Sequence record: CM065893.1
Length of the DNA: 32,000 nt
Strand: one strand, 5' to 3'
This document shows, piece by piece, positions 1 to 8,803 of this stretch. A program made the translations under genes and the position numbers. The notes under the pieces are model-generated. The model was not told the origin of the DNA and made no database searches. It was given only the letters and a program-made list of their open reading frames with translations. Positions within the stretch are counted from its first letter, which is position 1, and the number at the start of each line of letters is the position of its first letter.

Positions 1-220
1 TAGTATTGTCCCGTCTGTCGTCTGTTTGTGTCCGTCTGGACAGAGGGACAGACGACAGACAAACACGGACCCCTTGGTTTGAAAAAACTTCGTAACCAAG
101 TAACTCTACGAGTTACTTGGTTACGAAGTTTTTGTCTGTCCGTGTCCGTCTGTCCAGACGGACAGACGACAGACGGACACCAAGGAATCTGTTTAGACGG
201 ACAGACACGGACGTTTGTAC
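1..220. repeat. dispersed-repeat cluster (modules A and B), truncated by the window edge
   Basis: gtccgtctggacag / gtccgtctgtccagacggacagacgacagac cores, plus the palindrome cttcgtaaccaagtaactc-ta-cgagttacttggttacgaag centred near 108. Confidence 0.9.
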
Positions 221-514
221 AAAGTGTTTTTAATGAAGTTTTTCTGTTTTATTAATAAGTTTAATAAATTAATTAAAAACTTTTTTAACTAATTAAAAAC
301 GTATGCAGCAGAATACAGGCGTAATAGTTGATAAAATGAGATTTTTATGGTTACTTACAAATGTACAGACGTACAAACGTACAAAGTTACAGACGTTTAT
401 ACGTACAGACGTCAAAAACTACCATTTAAAAAAAGAAAGTGTTTTTTTAAATAAATTAACTATTTAAATAATTGAATGTTGACAAAACATTTAATAAATT
501 AAAAACGGATCCTT

Positions 515-587
515 GGCAGAATAGTTCAGCGGTTAGAACGGTAGAATCATACTCTACATGTCGTGGGTTCAAATCCCTCTTCTGCCT
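515..587 (+). tRNA. trnM: tRNA-Met (anticodon CAU), elongator-like; tRNA-Ile(CAU, lysidine) not excluded
   Basis: 73-nt cloverleaf: acceptor GGCAGAA/TTCTGCC, D stem GTTC/GAAC, anticodon stem GTAGA/TCTAC with loop ATCATAC (CAT), T arm GTGGG-TTCAAAT-CCCTC (one mismatch). Fully paired 1:72, so not initiator-like. Confidence 0.8.
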
Positions 588-610
588 AAACAATTTTTAA
601 AAATAAAAAA

Positions 611-727
611 CCCCTTGGTGTTTGTCTGTCGTCTGTCCGTGTCCGTCTGTCCAGACGGACAGACGACAGACAAACACGGACAGACAAAAACTTCGTAACC
701 AAGTAACTCGTAGAGTTTTTTCTTACT
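611..727. repeat. dispersed-repeat cluster (A+B) 24 nt downstream of trnM
   Basis: ccccttggtgtttgtctgtcgtctgtccgtgtccgtctgtccagacggacagacgacagacaaacacggacagacaaaaacttcgtaaccaagtaactcgtagagttttttctta. Confidence 0.9.
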
Positions 728-885
728 CGTTCCTGCTAAAGTATCTTAGTATTTAGATTTAATTCTTTTTTAAAATTTACAATAATTTTAATTTTTAGTA
801 ATGAATAAGACAAATTTTGTTTGAATAAAATTATTGTATAGTATTTTTTGTACGGCTGTTAATAAAAAAAAATTTTTTTATTTTA

Positions 886-1105
886 CTGCAGAGATTATAA
901 AAAATACATAATATTGTCCCGTCTGTCGTCTGTCCGTCTGGACAGACGGACACGGACCCCTTGGCAGGGGCTCGTCCCTGCAGACGTTACCTTGTCTGTC
1001 CATGTCCGTCTGTTGTCTGTCCGTCTGGACAGACGGACACAAACAGACGACAGACAAACATGTCAAGGGGTCCGTCTGTTTAAACAGACATGCTACGCTA
1101 AACGT
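886..1105. repeat. dispersed-repeat cluster (C, A, D, E modules)
   Basis: ctgcagagattataaaaaatacataatattgtcccgtctg..., ccccttggcaggggctcgtccctgcagacgttacc, gtccgtctggacagacggac. Produces the overlapping artefact ORFs 878-1165(-) and 914-1153(+). Confidence 0.9.
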
Positions 1106-1330
1106 AAAGACAGCAAAGTTTTTTTGTTTGATATTCACATTTTCTTTTTTTAAACAAACAAGCAAAAAATTTTTATAAAAATCTAAATATACAGGCGTAT
1201 TAAACTTAAATATTTATAGTTTTAAAAAGTAAGCAACGTATAAAACGTTGCTTACTTAGTTTAAATACTTTACTAAAAAAATCAAAACTTACAATTATAA
1301 AAATCTTTTTTTAAAGAATTTTTTTGCATC

Positions 1331-1480
1331 TACGTTTAGTGTAGCATGTCCGTCTAGACAGACGGACCTTTTGGTTTGAAAAAACTTCGTACTTCGTAGC
1401 GAAGTAACTCGTAGAGTTTTTTCTTAGGTAATAAAAAATACTATGTATTTTTTATAATCCCTGCAAACGCAGACGTACAG
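1331..1480. repeat. dispersed-repeat cluster ending 4 nt from the trnW 3' end
   Basis: tagtgtagcatgtccgtctagacagacggacc, ttggtttgaaaaaacttcgta...gaagtaactcgtagagttttttcttaggtaataaaaaatactatgtattttttataatccctgcaaacgcagacgtacag. Confidence 0.9.
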
Positions 1481-1483
1481 TTA

Positions 1484-1556
1484 CAGGAGAAAAGGGATTT
1501 GAACCCTTAACCGATAGTTTTGGAAACTATTATTCTACCATTTGAAATATTCTCCT
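1484..1556 (-). tRNA. trnW: tRNA-Trp (anticodon CCA)
   Basis: Reverse complement folds as AGGAGAA TA TTTC AAATGGTA GAAT A ATAGT TTCCAAA ACTAT CGGTT AAGGG TTCAAAT CCCTT TTCTCCT G (73 nt). Anticodon CCA reads UGG only, consistent with the standard code. Confidence 0.9.
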
Positions 1557-1656
1557 AATAAAAACATATTTTTATAGTAATTAGTTATGTAATTACGTTT
1601 TTTTGGTTTTTGCTAGCTCTGATTTTTACGTCTGGTACCTCTAATAACTTCTAAGA

Positions 1657-1945
1657 CCCCTTGGCATGTCCGTTTGTCGTCTGTCCGTCTAGACAAATAG
1701 ACACAAACAGACCCTTAAAAATGGCATGTTTGTCTGTCGTTTGTTTGTGTCCGTTTGTCGTCTGTCCGTCTGGACAAACGGACACAAACAGATAAGGTAA
1801 CGTCTGCAGGGACGAGCCCCTGCCAAGGGGTCCGTGTCCGTCTGGACAGACGGACAGACGACAGACGGGACAATACATAGTATTTTTTATAATCCCTACG
1901 AAGCTTGTCTAAAATAAAAATAAAAAAAAATTTTTTATTAACAGA
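1657..1945. repeat. dispersed-repeat cluster (A, D, C, H modules)
   Basis: Inverted versions of the same modules: ggtaacgtctgcagggacgagcccctgccaagggg, gggacaatacatagtattttttataatccc, then tctaaaataaaaat...ttttttattaacagac. Confidence 0.9.
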
Positions 1946-2114
1946 CATAGTATTTAAAAATTGCTTGTATAGTGCGTAAGGAAAAAAAATTAGTTAAAAA
2001 ATCGCTGTCTGTACGTCTGTACACACAAAACAAGTTTTAATAAAAAATAAATATTTTTTTATTAAGACATTCTTGTTACAAAAAGTATTTGCTGTATCAT
2101 ATTTAAAATTTGAT

Positions 2115-2186
2115 GGTTGGATAACATAGTGGTTAATGTATAAGATTGCAAATCTTAAAACGACAGTTCGAGTCTGTCTCTAACCT
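2115..2186 (+). tRNA. trnC: tRNA-Cys (anticodon GCA)
   Basis: 72-nt cloverleaf GGTTGGA TA ACAT AGTGGTTA ATGT A TAAGA TTGCAAA TCTTA AAAC GACAG TTCGAGT CTGTC TCTAACC T. All stems pair, with one G-T in the acceptor. Confidence 0.9.
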
Positions 2187-2214
2187 CAACTATAAAAATT
2201 GTAAACTTTTTTTG

Positions 2215-2580
2215 TACGTCACAGACGTAGCTAGCTCGTAGAATGTACGTCTGCTGCTACGCTAGACGTACAAACACTATTTAGTAGTTAATTTAATTGT
2301 AGCTCGTACAATTAAATTAACTATTTAAACAATGTATGTCTGTCGTACGTCTGTTGTACGTTTGTACAGACGTACAGACTAGAATTTAAATAGAAAAAAG
2401 TTGCTGTCTGTATAGACGTACAATGCTTTGCATTTTTTTTTTGAAAAATACTTTGCATCTTTATAATTAAAAAAATTTTTAAAGAAAAATGATTTGCATC
2501 TTTTTTTGTCTGTACGTCCAGCGTAGCATGTTTGTCTGTCCATCTAAGTAGACAAACATGCTACGCTGGACATACAAAAC
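2215..2580. repeat. acgtacag / agcgtagca-type repeat cluster upstream of rpl16
   Basis: gtacgtctgctgctacgctagacgtacaaac; hairpin taatttaattgta-gctcg-tacaattaaatta (2291-2321); palindrome gtctgtacgtccagcgtagcatgtttgtctgtcc...gacaaacatgctacgctggacatacaaaac (2509-2580). Confidence 0.85.
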
Positions 2581-2695
2581 ACCCTAAAACTTTAATATTT
2601 AGTTAGCTTTTTAACAAGGTAGCTAGATATCAAAAGTGAGTTTATACGCTAAACGTCCAAACAATAAATTCCACATTTTTAAAAAATATATTTTT

Positions 2696-3100
2696 ATGTT
2701 AAGCCCAAAACGTACAAAATTTCGTAAATATCAGAAAGGAGATATAGGAGGCATAAAATCAAATACTACTACACTAAAATTTGGTAAATATGGATTAAAA
2801 GCCTTAGAATCCGGTAAAATTACTGCTAAAACTATTGAAGCTGTGCGACGTACTATTACCAGAAAATTCAAAAAAAGCGGAAAAATTTGGATAAAAATAT
2901 TTCCAGATATTCCAGTTACACAAAAGCCTTTAGAAGTTAGAATGGGCAAAGGTAAAGGTGCGCCCAGTTTTTGGATATCTAGAGTACAAGCTGGGCAAAT
3001 TCTGTTTGAAATGGATGGTGTATCTTCACAATTGGCCGCACAAGCAGCTAAGTTAGCAGATTGTAAATTTTCAATTAAAACGGAACTAATTTTTAACTAA
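2696..3100 (+). CDS. rpl16: ribosomal protein L16
   Basis: Starts MLSPKRTKFRKYQKG, the canonical L16 N-terminus, and contains EVRMGKGKG. The track ORF opens at a GTG (2636), but the ATG at 2696 matches the conserved start. Stop TAA at 3098-3100. Confidence 0.92.
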   Translation: MLSPKRTKFRKYQKGDIGGIKSNTTTLKFGKYGLKALESGKITAKTIEAVRRTITRKFKKSGKIWIKIFPDIPVTQKPLEVRMGKGKGAPSFWISRVQAGQILFEMDGVSSQLAAQAAKLADCKFSIKTELIFN

Positions 3101-3112
3101 AAAAAATTCGTT

Positions 3113-3480
3113 ATGTTTAAAATATCTATTACTATTAAATCTTTTGAATGGTATCATATAAAAAATACCATTATGTTTGTAAAAAAAATACAACTTTTAT
3201 TAAACCCCTACTCAAAAAACATATTTGAAAAATTAAATGAAATAAGTTTACCAAAAAAACGTAAACTTTTCACTGTTTTAAGATCTCCTCATATGACAAA
3301 AAATCTAGAGAACAATTTGAATTTATGCGTTATAAAAAAAAGCTTTCTGTACAGAATGAAAATATGAATAAAGCTGCTTTGTTTTTTTTCCTTTTAAAAA
3401 ATTCAGAATTTCCTGGAGTAGAAATAGAAGTTTCTATGTTTTATAACAGTTTTTTAACAATTGAAAAAAAACTATCTTAA
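3113..3480 (+). CDS. rps10: ribosomal protein S10, interrupted by a 1-nt frameshift in an A6 run (3298-3303)
   Basis: Frame A (3113-3304) gives MFKISITIKSF...LPKKRKLFTVLRSPHMTK. The frame starting at tct 3304 continues SREQFEFMRYKKKLSV...EIEVSMFYNSF to TAA 3478-3480. Joined, this is the S10 signature (FTVLRSPH..KKSREQFE). Read as given, frame A ends at TGA 3365-3367 (the 84-aa track ORF). Confidence 0.75.
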
Positions 3481-3493
3481 CTTTATACTTTTT

Positions 3494-3577
3494 ATGTTTG
3501 TCTGTATAGACGGATCCTTTGGCATGTCCGTGTCCGTCTGTCCAGACGGACAGACGACAGACAAACATGCCAAAAGG
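3494..3577. repeat. single long hairpin repeat between rps10 and rps19
   Basis: cctttggcatgtccgtgtccgtctgtccagacggacagacgacagacaaacatgccaaaagg: outer arms ggcatgt/acatgcc around the A core. Confidence 0.9.
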
Positions 3578-3653
3578 TATAGCTTAATTTTTTAATTACC
3601 GATAATAAATTACTAATAAAAGTTTTGATACTAAATATTAAAAAATTATACAT

Positions 3654-3887
3654 ATGGCACGAGCATTATGGAAAGGTCCGTTTTCTGAAATAAAAATAAA
3701 AAAAACAAAAATTAAAGTGTGGTCTAGACGTTCCGTTATTTTACCTTACTATTTAAACAAAATTTTTTTAGTTTATAATGGTAAAGTATTTATTCCACTT
3801 ACAATTTCTGAAGAAATGATAGGGCATAAGTTTGGTGAGTTTTCAACTACGCGAAAAAAACCTATTCATAAAATTAAAAAAAAATAA
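3654..3887 (+). CDS. rps19: ribosomal protein S19
   Basis: [10 protein letters not shown]...[10 protein letters not shown]...[29 protein letters not shown] matches the S19 family pattern (KGPF, WSRRS, GHKxGEF). Confidence 0.92.
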   Translation: MARALWKGPFSEIKIKKTKIKVWSRRSVILPYYLNKIFLVYNGKVFIPLTISEEMIGHKFGEFSTTRKKPIHKIKKK

Positions 3888-4226
3888 TTTTTGATATTTA
3901 TACTTAAAAATATTTAATTATAAAAATTATAGAAAATTACAATTTTTATTTTATTCTTAAAATTTCAATACCATTTAAACTTACATATTTAAACACCAGA
4001 TATTATTATGTTATTACGTAAAAATTTCCAGTCTGTACGTGTTTGTCTGTCTAGACAAACAGACAACAGACGTACAATCAATTTAAATAAAAATAAACCT
4101 TTTTGTATATATAATAATATACATCCAATAAAAAAATCAATTTATACCTTTGCGCATAAATTTTCACGTCATAGTTGTATTAAATTTAAATTAGTTAATT
4201 TAAACATTTTTAAAAATTCTTTTTAT

Positions 4227-4850
4227 ATGAAAAATAAAACACTTTCATTTTCAACCTTACTTATGAATAAAGAAGAAAAGCTTTCAAAAAACACATTTAT
4301 TCAGTCTGTAATAAATACAACTCCTAAGTGGATACAATATGCTATACATAATAAAGGTGAAATAACGCTTTACATTTTTCCTCAACATCTTGTACCATTT
4401 TTGTTTTATCTTAAAAACCATGTAAACACTCAGTTTAAAATGTTGATAGATGTTACAGCAGTAGATTATCCGTCTCGTGTATCACGTTTTCAAGTGGTTT
4501 ATAATTTATTAAGTATTTCATATAATGCTCGAGTAAGAATAAAAACTTGCGTAAATGAGGTTAGCTTATTGTCATCTGTAACCACACTTTATTCATCTGC
4601 TGGGTGGTGGGAAAGAGAAGTTTGGGATATGTTTGGAATTTTTTTTTCTAACCACCCGGATTTACGACGTATTTTAACCGATTACGGATTTCAAGGGCAT
4701 CCTTTAAGAAAAGATTTTCCTTTAAGTGGCTTTGTAGAAGTAAGATATGATGACTCAGAAAAACGAGTTATTAGTGAGCCAGTTGAAATGACTCAAGAAT
4801 TTAGGTATTTTGATTTTACCAGTCCTTGGGAACAAATAGAAAAAATATAA
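4227..4850 (+). CDS. nad9: NADH dehydrogenase subunit 9 (start uncertain: ATG 4227 or 4263; frame is open from 4008)
   Basis: Conserved Nad9/NuoC core: [22 protein letters not shown]...[51 protein letters not shown]. The upstream 73 codons are non-conserved and include a repeat copy at 4031-4076. Confidence 0.88.
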   Translation: MKNKTLSFSTLLMNKEEKLSKNTFIQSVINTTPKWIQYAIHNKGEITLYIFPQHLVPFLFYLKNHVNTQFKMLIDVTAVDYPSRVSRFQVVYNLLSISYNARVRIKTCVNEVSLLSSVTTLYSSAGWWEREVWDMFGIFFSNHPDLRRILTDYGFQGHPLRKDFPLSGFVEVRYDDSEKRVISEPVEMTQEFRYFDFTSPWEQIEKI

Positions 4851-4897
4851 ACTTTTTGTATCTAGCTTAACTACAAATATCAAGCTTTGTTATTTTT

Positions 4898-5075
4898 ATG
4901 TTTAGCGTAGCATGTCCGTCTAAACAGACGGACAGACAAAAACTTCGTAACTAAGTAACTTGTAGAGTTTTTTCTTAGGTAACGTCTGTTTGTGTCCGCC
5001 TATCCAGACGGACAGACGACAGACGGGATAATACATAGTATTTTTTACAATCCCTGCAGACGTAGATGTATAGAC
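4898..5075. repeat. dispersed-repeat cluster downstream of nad9
   Basis: tttagcgtagcatgtccgtctaaacagacggacagacaaaaacttcgtaactaagtaacttgtagagttttttcttaggtaacgtctg...gggataatacatagtattttttacaatccctgcagacg. Confidence 0.9.
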
Positions 5076-5142
5076 ATAAATTTTTTATTTATTTTCTTGA
5101 ATTCTTTATTTTTTCACTTATTTATTTTCCTAGCTTATTTTA

Positions 5143-5216
5143 TGTCTGTACGTCTAGCGTAGCATGTCCGTCTGTTGGTCTGGACAGACGGACATGCTAC
5201 GCTAGACGTACAGACA
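5143..5216. repeat. hairpin with a perfect 32-bp stem
   Basis: tgtctgtacgtctagcgtagcatgtccgtctg (5143-5174), loop ttggtctgga, then cagacggacatgctacgctagacgtacagaca (5185-5216). The arms are exact reverse complements. Confidence 0.95.
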
Positions 5217-5572
5217 GCAATTAAATCTAATTTTTTTTTAATTTGATAAACTTTCAGTTTAATTTATTTTTAAGTTTGTTTTAACAATAAGAAATTATAA
5301 GAAATTATTTGCGCACTTGAGTATTATTTAGCTGGGTGTCTGTACGTCCAGCGTAGCATATCCGTCTGTCCAGTTTAGACCGACAGACGCAGACGTACAG
5401 AAGAAACTAAAATGAAAATTTGAATATTTTTTTCTAGATAAAATTTTGTTAAGAAAAACTTTGTTAAGAAAAACTTAAGCTTCAAGCCAACTTAATAGCA
5501 ATTAATGTACGTCTGTATAGACGTACAAAGTTTTTCAAAGTTAAGCTTCAAGCTAGCTTAATAACAATTGAT

Positions 5573-5766
5573 GTACGTCTGTACAGACGTACAAGACTAC
5601 AGACGTACAGACTACAGACGTACAGACTACAGACGTACAGACGTACAAACGTACAGACGTACAGACTACAGACGTACAGACGTACAGACGTACAGGCATA
5701 CAGACATACAGACGTACAGACGTAAAAGACGTAAAAGACGTAAAAGACGTAGCTTGCTACGTCTGT
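5573..5766. repeat. tandem micro/minisatellite array (acgtacag / actacag units, then gacgtaaaa x3)
   Basis: gtacagacgtacaagactacagacgtacagactacagacg...gacgtaaaagacgtaaaagacgtaaaagacgtagcttgctacgtc. Underlies the artefact ORF 5568-5849. Confidence 0.95.
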
Positions 5767-5903
5767 TAGAAAAAGTTAAGCTTTTTCTGTTAAACACTAT
5801 TCAATTTTTTTTAAGATTATTTATTTTAAACTTTATATTATTATTATGATATAAAAATTTTAATATAAAAATAAAATAATTATTCTACGCTCTATCCATT
5901 TTA

Positions 5904-6749
5904 ATGCAAAATATTATGACAACTTTAAGAAAAAAAATACTTTATTCAAAAATACAAAATATATTAGCACATAATAGTTTTGTGTTTTTTTTTCAATTTA
6001 ACAATATAAAATTTAGCGAATGGGCTTTATTAAAAAATCAAATTAAAAACATACAAAATACTACTATAGTAGTGATTAAAAATAAAATTGCATATGAAAC
6101 GTTAAATAAGCACATATTAAAATCTCATTTTTTCAAGCATAAAAAAAATTTAAACTTTATTTTGGAAAATAAGTGTGGTTCATCAAATGAAAATAATATA
6201 TTGAAAGCAAATTGCAATTGTCCGTCTGGACAAACGTACGGACAGCAACTGTGCTTTTTATGCCAAGGTCCTACCTTATTAATAGCATTTAAATCACCTG
6301 AGCAATGTAAAGCTGTTTATGATATTGTAAATAAATTTACATATAATTTGCCATATACTAAGCATCAACTTGAGTATAAAAAAACAAATTCTAATTTAGC
6401 TGAATTTAAAACAAATTCTTTAGATAATAGAAAATTACCCTCAATATTTACTAAGAATAAACTAACTTTAAAGCCGCAAAAATCTACTTTACTGAAACAA
6501 AACAATGATAGATTTAGTTTATTTTTTGTTGGTGGCTTGGTTAGAAATAAAATGATAAACCATTTAGATTTGGTGAAATTATCAAATTTAGATAATTCTG
6601 TTTATGGTAATTTAATTATACAGTGTCATAGCCCAATAGTATGGTTTCCATTTTTAAAAACAATCATGGAAATTAAACTTCTAAAATGTTTTGAAAACAA
6701 TTTTATAAACTTATTGCATATACACAAAAACAATTTAAAAAAAATTTAG
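5904..6749 (+). CDS. rpl10: expanded ribosomal protein L10-like ORF (281 aa)
   Basis: By-eye match to bacterial L10 blocks: FVFFFQFNNIKFSEWALLKNQIKNIQNTTIVVIKNKIAYETL (cf [40 protein letters not shown]); CQGPTLLIAFKSPEQCKAVYDIVNKF (cf [26 protein letters not shown]); FFVGGLVRNKMINHLDLVKLSNL. About 110 extra residues lie between blocks. Needs a profile search. Confidence 0.55.
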   Translation: MQNIMTTLRKKILYSKIQNILAHNSFVFFFQFNNIKFSEWALLKNQIKNIQNTTIVVIKNKIAYETLNKHILKSHFFKHKKNLNFILENKCGSSNENNILKANCNCPSGQTYGQQLCFLCQGPTLLIAFKSPEQCKAVYDIVNKFTYNLPYTKHQLEYKKTNSNLAEFKTNSLDNRKLPSIFTKNKLTLKPQKSTLLKQNNDRFSLFFVGGLVRNKMINHLDLVKLSNLDNSVYGNLIIQCHSPIVWFPFLKTIMEIKLLKCFENNFINLLHIHKNNLKKI

Positions 6750-6880
6750 TTTTATTAAAAAAATTTTAGTTTTATTAAGACCAACCTGTTCAAGCATATA
6801 AAAAATTTAGTTTACCTTAAAATTAAAATTTTAGAATTAAATAAACTGAAAAAATTATTTTAGTAATGAGTAATACCTTA

Positions 6881-7282
6881 GCATGTCTGTACGTTTAGCA
6901 TAGCATTGTCCGTCTGTTTAGACGGACCCCTGGCATGTTGTTTGTCGTCTGTCCGTGTTTGTCTGTTTAGACGGACAGACACAGACAAACACAAACAAAT
7001 TTTTTGCCAAAGGTAACGTCTGCAGGGATTATAAAAAATACATAGTATTGTCCCGTCTGTCCAGACGGACCCCTTGGCAGGGGCTCGTCCCTGCAGACGT
7101 TACCTAAGAAAAAACTCGTAGAGTTACTTCGTTACGAAGTTTTTGTCTGTCCGTGTCCGTCTGTCCAGACGGACAGACGACAGACGGACACCAAGGGGTC
7201 CGTCTGTTTAGACGGACAAACGACAGACGGGACAATACTATGTATTTTTTATAATCCCTGCAGACGACAGACAAACACAAAA
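6881..7282. repeat. large dispersed-repeat cluster between the rpl10-like ORF and rps14
   Basis: Contains E, A, C, D and B modules in both orientations, and includes the TIR-bounded unit 7020-7263. Confidence 0.9.
7020..7263. mobile_element. 244-bp MITE-like composite unit with perfect 40-bp terminal inverted repeats
   Basis: Left ctgcagggattataaaaaatacatagtattgtcccgtctg (7020-7059) is the exact reverse complement of right cagacgggacaatactatgtattttttataatccctgcag (7224-7263). Complementarity extends to 43 bp (7017-7059 / 7224-7266). Interior is D, B and A modules. Confidence 0.6.
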
Positions 7283-7326
7283 ACCAATAAATTAAATTAA
7301 TAAGTAAAAAGTTTTTTTTTCAAAGT

Positions 7327-7626
7327 ATGGCTAATTTTATACAAAAAGATTTTACTAAACGACAATTAGTTGCTGAAAACGAGTTAAAGCGATTAGAATA
7401 TAAATCAATTATAAAAAATCAAAGAATATCTAAGCAAATTAGATATAAATATATAAGCAAATTAAATAAATTAAATAAAAATAGCTCTGAAACAAAAATA
7501 AGAAATAGATGCATTTTAAGTGGTCGTGGAAGAGCTGTTTATCAAATGTTTAGACTTTCTAGAATCAAGTTTCGTGAATTAGCTAGTCAAGGACTTCTGC
7601 CCGGAGTACAAAAAGCTAGCTGGTAG
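7327..7626 (+). CDS. rps14: ribosomal protein S14
   Basis: C-terminus IRNRCILSGRGRAVYQMFRLSRIKFRELASQGLLPGVQKASW is the S14 signature. Stop TAG. Confidence 0.93.
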   Translation: MANFIQKDFTKRQLVAENELKRLEYKSIIKNQRISKQIRYKYISKLNKLNKNSSETKIRNRCILSGRGRAVYQMFRLSRIKFRELASQGLLPGVQKASW

Positions 7627-7687
7627 TTTAACCGTAAATCATTAAAAATATTTCGTAGACTTTGTAGTTTTACTTTTTTAATTAAAT

Positions 7688-8012
7688 GTAGTCTACGTTT
7701 GCTGCTACGCTAGACGTACAGACATTTGTATAGTTTAAATAATTTTAGCACTTGATTTTTTTTTTGGTTTTTACTATTTAATTTATTACGTCTGGTAACT
7801 TCTATACGTCTGTAGTTTGTACGTCTGTACAGACATACAACTAGACGTACAAAGTCTATAAGTCTAGTAACTTTATAGGTCACTTGGCATGTTTGTCTGT
7901 CGTCTGTTTAGACGGACAGACGACAGACGGGACAATACATAGTATTTTTTATAATCCGTGCAAGGCTTTTCTAAAATAAAAAATTTTTTTTATTAACAGA
8001 CGCCGACGTACA
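7688..8012. repeat. dispersed-repeat cluster between rps14 and cox1
   Basis: gtctacgtttgctgctacgctagacgtacagac; cgtctgtagtttgtacgtctgtacagacatac; cacttggcatgtttgtctgtcgtctgtttagacggacagacgacagacgggacaatacatagtattttttataatccgtgcaaggcttttctaaaat... Confidence 0.9.
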
Positions 8013-8134
8013 AAACTTTTTTTTTCATTTATTTTATTACTTTTTATATTTAAATTTAAATTATATATAATAAAAATTATTAATTTTTAGTCTGTACGTC
8101 CACGGACGTCAGGCGTAGAATATCTAGTTTTTAA

Positions 8135-8539
<405 letters not shown>

Positions 8540-8803
8540 TAAATACATAGGGTATAGCCGTCGTAAAATGGTAACATTTTACAAGAAAATTTCACTCGAT
8601 GCGAGAAACTCCTTAAACACTAAAGATACTATTTTCATTTTTATATACTATTTCATAGTATGTAATATATACTTTTTATTTTCGTCTGTACGTCTATAGA
8701 CGTCAGACATACATAAAAATACGCGAAAAAGTAAAAATGCTTTAGACACGTGGACAATTCGCCTGAGTAAAAAATAAAAGAAATTAAAAATTTACATAAA
8801 AAT

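Noticed and set aside
28-1948. Track ORFs 28-255(+), 878-1165(-), 914-1153(+), 1651-1878(-), 1715-1948(-) with peptides such as VCPDGQTTDGH and SVRLDRRTRTPWQG
   Set aside because: They lie entirely in dispersed repeats, overlap each other on both strands, and the same peptides recur wherever the repeat occurs. The repeats are simply poor in stop codons.
2420-2510. Threefold tttgcatYttt motif upstream of rpl16 (also in reverse at 30427-30441) as a possible promoter
   Set aside because: I know of no promoter consensus for this lineage, the motif also occurs inside an rns insertion, and there is no consistent position relative to other genes.
2731-2949. ORF antisense to rpl16; likewise 10538-10741(-) antisense to cox1 exon 2 and 11405-11638(-) antisense to the intron-2 endonuclease ORF
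   Set aside because: The sense strands carry clearly identified conserved genes, and the antisense frames have no motifs.
3113-3367. The 84-aa ORF taken as a complete small protein
   Set aside because: It is the N-terminal two thirds of rps10 running out of frame after the A-run; see the frameshift finding.
5568-5849. 93-aa ORF (MMYVCTDVQDYRRTDYRRTD…RRKRRKRRKRR)
   Set aside because: It is a translation of the 7-9 nt tandem array; there is no protein-like complexity.
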